This document shows, in pieces, positions 19,801 through 27,292 of a DNA stretch of 44,821 nt (within the stretch, counting starts at the first letter, position 1; every line of letters starts with the position of its first letter). Location: the sequence record SRR31156797_607. One strand, given 5' to 3'. Under the pieces are notes generated by a model. It did not search any database. It was given only the letters and a program-made list of their open reading frames with translations, and was not told the DNA's origin. Made by a program: the position numbers and the translations under genes.

Positions 19801-22800
19801 TTAAAATTGTAGTTGTAAACCAGCTGAAAATGTTCTTGGGAATGGATAACGACCTCTATCAAAACCAGTTTCCATTACTCCTACATTACCCACCTCTGGA
19901 TCTCCATATTCATATTTTGTTACTGTAAATAAGTTCTCTGCAGAAATATAAATACGAGCACGTTCCAGCTTAATTTTTTGAATTAAATTCTTAGGTAGTA
20001 AATATCCGAATTGAATATTAGCACATCGTAAGAAATCACCATCTTTAACCCAAGCACTGGAAGCCTGACGGTTTTTATTTGGATCTAAAACTGTAAGTCT
20101 GGCATATTCACCATTTGTATTTGATTCTGACCAGGCATTATTTAAATAATCTGTTAATGTATTCTGAATACCTCCTCCTGTTTTATATAATTGACTTAGC
20201 TTCATAGCTGAATAGGAATTAATTTCCATTCCTGCAACACCATATAAGTATACCATAGCATCAAAGTTCTTATAGCTGGCATTCACTGTAATTCCATAAT
20301 TTAATGCAGGAAATCCATCTCCTAATATTTTTTGATCATCTCCATTGATATAACCATTTCCATCCACATCCTTGTACTTATAATCTCCAGGTTGAGGTGC
20401 TCCACCAAAGTTCTGATACTCTGAAACAGATCCTCCAGACTGTTGTGCTGCTGCAGCATTAGCGGCATCAATTTCTGACTGACTCTGCCATATTCCATCT
20501 ACTACATAACCATAATAAGAGCCTACTGCATAACCTTCAATCGCAGCTTGATGAGAATCCCAATCATCACCTGCATCGGTATTCGCATCGTCATTAACAT
20601 CTGAATTATCAAGAATTGGATTACTAATAGAAACAATTTCGTTTTTAATAGTTGAACCAGTTGCAGTCACCCCAATATTCCAATCACCAAAACTTTTATT
20701 ATAAGCTACACTGAACTCCATACCTTTATTTCTGATATGCCCATCATTAGTATAAACAGAGGTATGACCTGTAGAAGAGCGCATTGTTTTAAAAAGTAAC
20801 AGATCTTTAGTATCTCTGATAAAATAGTCTAATGTGATATTAAGGTTATTATTAATTCCAAGATCAAGTCCAATATTCTTTTGTTCATTTGATTCCCACT
20901 TTAAGTTTGTATCAAACTCTTTTAACTGAACAATACCTGAATAAGACGTATTATCAGTTGTTACATTTGTTCCATTTAGGGATCCCATATAGTACCCAAT
21001 TCTATATGAAGATAGTTGCTCTACTGCATCCGCTGTTCCTCTTCCTGAATTTCCGGTTACACCCCAACCTAATCTAAGTTTTAAGTTACTGATAAAACCA
21101 AGGTTTTGTATAAAATCTTCTTCAGACAACCTCCATGCTAAAGCTGCTGATGGAAATGTACCCCAACGATTACCTTCTCCAAAATTATTTGAACCATCTT
21201 TACGAACAGTACCTGTAAATATGTAACGATCGTTAAATGAATAAGAAACTCTTGAGAAATAAGAAATAAACTTATCTGTTAGATTATAACCACCTTCTCC
21301 TACACGACTGGTTTGATCGCTTGTCAAATCAAGGCTACGGTAGTCATCTGATACAAAATTAGTGGCACTAGCAGACACCCAATGTCCCCAGTAATCATTT
21401 ACAGAGTGACCTGCCATTAAGGTAAGGTTGTGCATATCCTTTTGTAAATTATAAGTAAAATAACTTTCAATTCCTAAGCTATTATTCTGACTCTGGCTTA
21501 ACCAAAAGCTATTTACACCACTTGCAGTGATGGATCTATTATTAGCCACACTATAACCACTACCATCATAAGCAGAATATTTATAGGACAAAACTGTTTT
21601 AAATGATAATCCCTTTAAAAGCTTTATATCCATATAAGCTGTACTTAACAAAGTATTATTATAGGCAGGTGTATTATCTGCTTCTTTAGCTACAGCATAT
21701 GGATTATCCTGACCTTTGGCAATATCACCTTCTCCTGTTATTTGTTTAAAAGTATAATAATCACCACTTGCTGTTTTTTCATCATAATCATGACTAATAA
21801 AATTACCGTCATCGTCTACGTAATCCATAGTAGGTGTAAGAATAGCATAATCTCTTAAGTTACCGTCTCCAACTTTTTCCGAATGCTCAAAAGAAACGCT
21901 ACCGCCAATCTCAATAATGTCTTTTACTTTTTGCATTACATTGGCACGAGCAGTTAATCTTTTGTAATTTGATTGTATTACAATTCCATCATTATCTAAA
22001 TATCCTAAAGAAAAGTTTGACTGAGATTTATCTGTTCCTCCAGAGGCTGAAATAGTATAATTTTTTTGAACAGCCTGACGTGTCATAGCATCTTGCCAGT
22101 CAATATTATTTAATTGACCATTATACTCCGTACCGAATGCTAAATTAGAAATACTAGCACCATCATTTGCTCTACCGTCTCTAACTGACTTTGCAAACAT
22201 ATCTGCATCCGCTACATCTAGTTTTCCCGTTAAGTTTTGCACACCAAAATTAGCTGTTGCATTAATTTTTGTTTGCCCCTTAGCTCCTTTTTTAGTGGTG
22301 ATTAAAATTACACCATTTGCACCCCTTGCTCCATAAATAGCTGTCGCAGAAGCATCTTTTAATACCTCAATATTTTCTACATCAGATGGATTTATAAAAT
22401 TGGCACTCGAACCAACTTGTACTCCATCCACTACATATAAAGGATCTGCAGAGTTATTAATGGTACCTACACCACGAATACGAATGGTTGTTTTTCCTTC
22501 TGGATCACCTGATTGTTTACTAACCATAACTCCCGCTGCAGCACCTTGTAGACCTTGCGCCAGGTTAAGCGGGTTCTTTTTCATCATTTCCTCTGTATCT
22601 ACTGATACAACAGAACCTGATATATCACTCTTTTTCATAGAACCATAACCTACAACAACAACCTCATCCAAATCGGACATTTCTTCTTGTAGAATTATCG
22701 TTAGTTCTTTTTGATCTGTAATAGTTAGTTCTTGCGGTGTAAAACCAATAAAAGAAACTACTAAAACATCATTTTCCTTTACTGTTAATACGAACTTCCC

Positions 22801-23025
22801 ATCAATATCAGTAATAGTACCGGTAGTAGTTCCTTTAATAGTAATATTTACACCAGGCATAGGCTGGCCATCGCCTGCCGCAGTTACTTTACCTGTAAGA
22901 GAATGTGTTGCTTGTGAAAAAGCTACATTTGCTGATAACAGCATTAAAATCATTCCGAAGTATAGTCGAAGCAAACTTTGCTTTTTCCAATTCGGAAATC
23001 TGTTTTTTGATTTGATCATCTTCAT
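19801..23025 (-). CDS. susC: SusC/RagA family TonB-dependent transporter
   Basis: GTTTGTITDIDG, LDEVVVVGYG, IRIRG, DPLYVVDG, IEVLKDASATAIYGARGANGVILITTKKG, FPSAALAWRLSEE, LKWE, C-terminal YPFPRTFSAGLQLQF. Confidence 0.97.
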   Translation of the reverse strand: MKMIKSKNRFPNWKKQSLLRLYFGMILMLLSANVAFSQATHSLTGKVTAAGDGQPMPGVNITIKGTTTGTITDIDGKFVLTVKENDVLVVSFIGFTPQELTITDQKELTIILQEEMSDLDEVVVVGYGSMKKSDISGSVVSVDTEEMMKKNPLNLAQGLQGAAAGVMVSKQSGDPEGKTTIRIRGVGTINNSADPLYVVDGVQVGSSANFINPSDVENIEVLKDASATAIYGARGANGVILITTKKGAKGQTKINATANFGVQNLTGKLDVADADMFAKSVRDGRANDGASISNLAFGTEYNGQLNNIDWQDAMTRQAVQKNYTISASGGTDKSQSNFSLGYLDNDGIVIQSNYKRLTARANVMQKVKDIIEIGGSVSFEHSEKVGDGNLRDYAILTPTMDYVDDDGNFISHDYDEKTASGDYYTFKQITGEGDIAKGQDNPYAVAKEADNTPAYNNTLLSTAYMDIKLLKGLSFKTVLSYKYSAYDGSGYSVANNRSITASGVNSFWLSQSQNNSLGIESYFTYNLQKDMHNLTLMAGHSVNDYWGHWVSASATNFVSDDYRSLDLTSDQTSRVGEGGYNLTDKFISYFSRVSYSFNDRYIFTGTVRKDGSNNFGEGNRWGTFPSAALAWRLSEEDFIQNLGFISNLKLRLGWGVTGNSGRGTADAVEQLSSYRIGYYMGSLNGTNVTTDNTSYSGIVQLKEFDTNLKWESNEQKNIGLDLGINNNLNITLDYFIRDTKDLLLFKTMRSSTGHTSVYTNDGHIRNKGMEFSVAYNKSFGDWNIGVTATGSTIKNEIVSISNPILDNSDVNDDANTDAGDDWDSHQAAIEGYAVGSYYGYVVDGIWQSQSEIDAANAAAAQQSGGSVSEYQNFGGAPQPGDYKYKDVDGNGYINGDDQKILGDGFPALNYGITVNASYKNFDAMVYLYGVAGMEINSYSAMKLSQLYKTGGGIQNTLTDYLNNAWSESNTNGEYARLTVLDPNKNRQASSAWVKDGDFLRCANIQFGYLLPKNLIQKIKLERARIYISAENLFTVTKYEYGDPEVGNVGVMETGFDRGRYPFPRTFSAGLQLQF

Positions 23026-23064
23026 AGATATTTGATTTAAATAAAACGCTAATTACATTTTGCA

Positions 23065-23173
23065 CAAATGTATTTTCCATGCATTACATAACTCTAAATA
23101 ATTGTTAATGATACAGGTTGTAATGTTAACAGAGGTGTTGAAAATGATTTTATATAGTGTTGCTTTTGTTAAC
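23065..23173 (-). promoter_or_regulatory. susC promoter with four tandem candidate HTCS (AraC-type) sites
   Basis: Perfect TAnnTTTG (TACATTTG, 23072-23065). Plus-strand TGTT/TGAT cores at 23103, 23124, 23145 and 23167 (21/21/22-bp period). Confidence 0.7.
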
Positions 23174-23305
23174 ACCAACATACACCAACACCTCATATAA
23201 CACTCATTTACTGCTCCTTACAAAACACCATCCTCATTGTTAATTTTTTTAACAATTACAAATGGTAAGCTCTTAGTTTTGGACAATATTCTAGTGCAGA
23301 ATTAA

Positions 23306-23343
23306 TATGTTGTATGGTATTAAGAAGTATGTTCTATAAAGGA
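23306..23343. promoter_or_regulatory. Direct repeat TATGTTnTAT x2, candidate transcription factor site
   Basis: TATGTTGTAT at 23306 and TATGTTCTAT at 23328, 22-bp period, in the divergent intergenic region. Confidence 0.35.
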
Positions 23344-23467
23344 ATAGTTTAAGCATATATACTGCACTGTAATATTCTTAGTACATCAATGGTTATTATC
23401 TTATATTCAAAACAAATAAATTGTATAAATTCAGGCACTTTTTAAATATGTAAGAAAGTCTATCCTC

Positions 23468-26400
23468 ATGAAAAGATTTGCCCTATACATTTTATTATTG
23501 TGTATTCCTTGTGTTGCTTTTGCGCAATTCAGTGGTAAATTAAGGTTTAATCATTATACCACGGAGGATGGACTGTCTCAGAATACTATTTTAGCTATCG
23601 CGCAAGACAAATATGGTTATATGTGGTTTGGAACCTGGGAAGGCATCAGTCGATTTGATGGCTATTCCTTTCATCACTTCAGAGCCAACCAGGATGATTC
23701 AACTTCCTTAAGCAACAATCGCATCAATGCTATCATTTGCGACTCTGTGGGAAATATTTGGGTGGCAACAGGTGACCAATATCACTTTAATCTATATAAT
23801 TATGAAACAGAAACTTTTAAACGAATAAAAACTTCAGATGCTCCAAAATCTGTAACCTATTCATTAAACCATTATGCAGAAGCTCGAAATAAAGCGTATA
23901 ATAAGAATTATAGATGGCAGGCATTCAACAACGGATTGGTTGAGACCAACAAGCGTACTAACAACCGCTATATATATAAATATCTAGGAAATCAGATTCC
24001 TTTTGGATTATCTGATAATAATATTAATGTCGTTTATCTTGATAAAGACCAGAATTTATGGGTTGGTACACAAAATGGAGGAATAAATGTAGCGAGTTTA
24101 AAAAGTAAACCTTTTAACTATTGGCCCATCGTTAATAAGGCCTTAAACAATCTGGCCATCCGAGCTATTTGTCAAGATAAAGAAGGTCACATATGGATAG
24201 GAACCGAATCGGATGGTATAATAATAATGAACAAGGATAGAAATCCTGAAAATTATACCATTATCGATGCAACACAGTTAATCAATCCGGAAATTCGTTC
24301 AATTTATATTGATCACCAAGAATTTGTTTGGATAGGTACCAAAGGTGGACTGGATCGATATAATCCAAAAACAGGTGAATTCAGGCATTACTATGCCGGA
24401 CAAGAAGGTAGTATCAATCACCACTGGGTTTTTAGCGTTATCGAAGATCATCATAACAACCTATGGATAAGCACATTTGGTGGTATATCCAAATACAATC
24501 GCAAAACAGACCAATTTGTTAGCTTTGATGGTGACAGTTTGCTTCCCAGTAATAAAACACGCATACTTATGGAAGATACTAACCATAATTTATGGGTGGG
24601 AACCGAAGGATATGGTTTGGTAAAACTCTCTCGTCAAGACAGTTTAGGTATGGATGAATTCGTAAGTACCAGTCATTATAAATACAAATCCGGAAATGCA
24701 AATTCGCTTATTAATGATTATATATTGGCTCTGGCCGAAGACAAAAATGGAAATATTTGGATTGGCACTAATAGTGGACTTTGTAGATTAAATCCCCAAA
24801 CAGAGGAATTCAAAAGATTTTCTGTAGCCAACGGCTTTCCTGATGATTTAATTATGGGAATTCTTGCGAACGAAACAGATCAAATTTGGGTAAGTCATAA
24901 AAAAGGAATTACCTGTATAAATATTAATTCGAATACATATAAAACCTACAATCAATATGATGGATTATTAGGTAAGGAATTCAAAAATACTTATTACCAA
25001 AATAAGTTGAGCGGAGAAATGTTTTGGGGAAGTATTGATGGATTTAGTTCTTTTTATCCTCAACAGATTAAAATCGACAGCTTAATTTCATCTCCTGTGC
25101 TTACGCGATTAAAAATAATGAATGAAGAGGTTCATCCCGGGCAAGAATTGAACAAACATATCATCCTTTCTAAATCAATACATCACACAAAAGAACTAAG
25201 CTTACGTTGGAACGAAGCCAATTTCAGTATTCAATTTTCTGCTTTAAATTTTAAAAATCCCAAAGGCTGTTTATATAGATATAAACTGGAAAATATGGAT
25301 CAGCAATGGATTTATACGGATGCCTCGAATCGCGAAGCCAACTATACATATATTCCACATGGTCATTATGAATTTAAAGTCTATGCCGCCAACAGCGATG
25401 GTATTTGGTCTAAAACTCCGGCTAGTATAAAAATTGAAATACTTCCACCCTGGTGGCTTTCATGGTGGGCAAAACTTTCTTATTTATTTATTACAGCTCT
25501 AATTCTTTGGTTCATTTATAAGTTTGTTAAAACACGAATACATTATCAAAACAAACTCCTGAAAGAACAATTAAAAAATGAGAAAAATGAAGAACTCATA
25601 AATATGAAAATGAAGTTCTTTACCGAAATATCTCACGAATTCAGAACACCCTTGACATTAATTATTGATCCATTAAAACAATTGATATCCGGGAAAAACG
25701 ATACAAACCGAATTCAATATTTATATCAATTAATGGATAAAAATGCAAATCATTTATTGGAGCTCATCAACCAATTATTGGATTTTAGAAAACTACAGGG
25801 AAAAACCCTTCCTTTAAAAAGGATTAATACAGATTTAGTTGCTTTTGTTGAAAAAGAAGCATCTATTTTTGAGTTTAAAGCAAAAGAAAAGCAGATTCAA
25901 TTTCTGATTCATGCAGAAGAAGACAAGATTAATGTCTCCTTTGATCCGGATCGAATGAAAATAATACTCAACAACCTTTTGGGAAATGCCTTTAAATTCA
26001 CCCCTCTATATGGACAGATAAGTATTCATCTAAGTCTCTCAAAAACTATAGCCAATACCGTAAAAATTGAAGTTATGGACAATGGAAAGGGCATTCCGGA
26101 AGAGCATTTACCACATATTTTCGATCCGTTTTATCAGGTAAATGACAATGAAGCTTCATCTGGTGGTTCTGGAATTGGAATGGCACTTACCAAAGAACTA
26201 GTGCAGCTGCATGGCGGAACCATTGAGGTAAATAGCACGGTTGGCCAAGGCACTTGTTTTACCATTTATTTACCTCTTTCAAAAAAAGCGATTGAAACCG
26301 AAACTCCTGCTAATACAGTATTAAACACAACAGCATCTGAGCATATTAATGTTTCCAATGAAACTGAACTAAACTTAAAAGAAGAGCTTTCTTTAATTTT

Positions 26401-27145
26401 AGTGGTTGATGACAATGAAGATATTCGGGAATACATCCGTTTTAATTTACAAAATCAGTATCGTGTTATCACAGCAAGTGATGGTAATAAAGGGTTTAAT
26501 AAAGCCGTGGAGCATATTCCTGATTTAGTTATTAGTGATATTATGATGCCGGGAATTGATGGTTACGAATTATGTAAACGCCTAAAAAAGGATGAATTTA
26601 CGAGTCATATTCCAGTCATTTTACTTACTGCAAAACAAGCTGAAGATTCTCAGCTTAAAGGATATCAAACCGGAGTAGACGATTACATTACAAAACCCTT
26701 TAACAAGGAAATGCTGGAAACCAGAATTCTAAATCTGCTTATTCAAAGGCAAAAGCTAAGAGAACTATTCTCTAAATCCGATTCTTTGAATAAAGAAAAT
26801 GTAGAAGTAAATGTTACGGATGAGATTTATTTTTCAAAAGCTAAATCTATTATAGAAGATCATATGGGTGACCCAACTTTTAATACCGACATTTTAGCTG
26901 AAAAACTAAAAATGAGCCGATCTCAATTGTACCGAAAAATGAAAGCAATTACAAACAGAACGGCCAGCGAAATAATAAAAAACGAACGCATGAATAAAGC
27001 CCGGATATTATTATTGAAGGGCGAACTTACTATATCGGAGATTGGCTATCAGGTGGGCTACCCTACTGCAACTAATTTCTCCAGAACCTTTAGCAGCCAT
27101 TTTGGTTTAAGTCCGTCAAAATATCTGCAAAAGCACCAAAAATAA
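23468..27145 (+). CDS. Second hybrid two-component system regulator
   Basis: DGLSQN..QDKYGYMWFGT, propeller repeats, YTYIPHGHYEFKV, PPWW-TM, EISHEFRTPLT, NNLLGNAFKFT, ISDIMMP, AraC HTH IGYQVGY...FSRTF. Confidence 0.95.
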   Translation: MKRFALYILLLCIPCVAFAQFSGKLRFNHYTTEDGLSQNTILAIAQDKYGYMWFGTWEGISRFDGYSFHHFRANQDDSTSLSNNRINAIICDSVGNIWVATGDQYHFNLYNYETETFKRIKTSDAPKSVTYSLNHYAEARNKAYNKNYRWQAFNNGLVETNKRTNNRYIYKYLGNQIPFGLSDNNINVVYLDKDQNLWVGTQNGGINVASLKSKPFNYWPIVNKALNNLAIRAICQDKEGHIWIGTESDGIIIMNKDRNPENYTIIDATQLINPEIRSIYIDHQEFVWIGTKGGLDRYNPKTGEFRHYYAGQEGSINHHWVFSVIEDHHNNLWISTFGGISKYNRKTDQFVSFDGDSLLPSNKTRILMEDTNHNLWVGTEGYGLVKLSRQDSLGMDEFVSTSHYKYKSGNANSLINDYILALAEDKNGNIWIGTNSGLCRLNPQTEEFKRFSVANGFPDDLIMGILANETDQIWVSHKKGITCININSNTYKTYNQYDGLLGKEFKNTYYQNKLSGEMFWGSIDGFSSFYPQQIKIDSLISSPVLTRLKIMNEEVHPGQELNKHIILSKSIHHTKELSLRWNEANFSIQFSALNFKNPKGCLYRYKLENMDQQWIYTDASNREANYTYIPHGHYEFKVYAANSDGIWSKTPASIKIEILPPWWLSWWAKLSYLFITALILWFIYKFVKTRIHYQNKLLKEQLKNEKNEELINMKMKFFTEISHEFRTPLTLIIDPLKQLISGKNDTNRIQYLYQLMDKNANHLLELINQLLDFRKLQGKTLPLKRINTDLVAFVEKEASIFEFKAKEKQIQFLIHAEEDKINVSFDPDRMKIILNNLLGNAFKFTPLYGQISIHLSLSKTIANTVKIEVMDNGKGIPEEHLPHIFDPFYQVNDNEASSGGSGIGMALTKELVQLHGGTIEVNSTVGQGTCFTIYLPLSKKAIETETPANTVLNTTASEHINVSNETELNLKEELSLILVVDDNEDIREYIRFNLQNQYRVITASDGNKGFNKAVEHIPDLVISDIMMPGIDGYELCKRLKKDEFTSHIPVILLTAKQAEDSQLKGYQTGVDDYITKPFNKEMLETRILNLLIQRQKLRELFSKSDSLNKENVEVNVTDEIYFSKAKSIIEDHMGDPTFNTDILAEKLKMSRSQLYRKMKAITNRTASEIIKNERMNKARILLLKGELTISEIGYQVGYPTATNFSRTFSSHFGLSPSKYLQKHQK

Positions 27146-27162
27146 ACCGCAAGAACTCAAAG

Positions 27163-27227
27163 TGAATCAAAATGATTCATCTTGAAACAGATTGATACGT
27201 TTAAACAACTGCATCTCAGTATTTTTG
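27163..27227 (+). promoter_or_regulatory. Promoter of the GH2-PL11 unit with tandem candidate HTCS sites
   Basis: TATTTTTG (27220-27227) matches TAnnTTTG. Upstream TGAATCAAAATGAT (27163) and TGAAACAGATTGAT (27183). Confidence 0.65.
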
Positions 27228-27292
27228 CTGTCACCAATTATTAACGTGTTGCAATATTTAATTGCATGCTATTTAAAAAAAACAGCAACAAT

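Noticed and set aside
23054-23072. Palindrome TACATTT-TGCAC-AAATGTA over the susC -7 element as an antisense sRNA promoter or repressor site
   Set aside because: The plus-strand copy does not fit TAnnTTTG, and 7-bp AT-rich arms are common by chance.
23172-23190. ACACCAACA tandem repeat
   Set aside because: Only two copies of low-complexity sequence; not a CRISPR array or a credible contingency repeat.
23132-23194. 9-bp inverted repeat GAGGTGTTG / CAACACCTC as a possible invertible promoter
   Set aside because: The repeat is short, the enclosed segment does not contain the -7 element, and there is no recombinase in the window.
27163-27179. Perfect palindrome TGAATCA-AAA-TGATTCA as a terminator for the second HTCS
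   Set aside because: Weak AT-rich stem without a U tract; better explained as part of the tandem regulator site.
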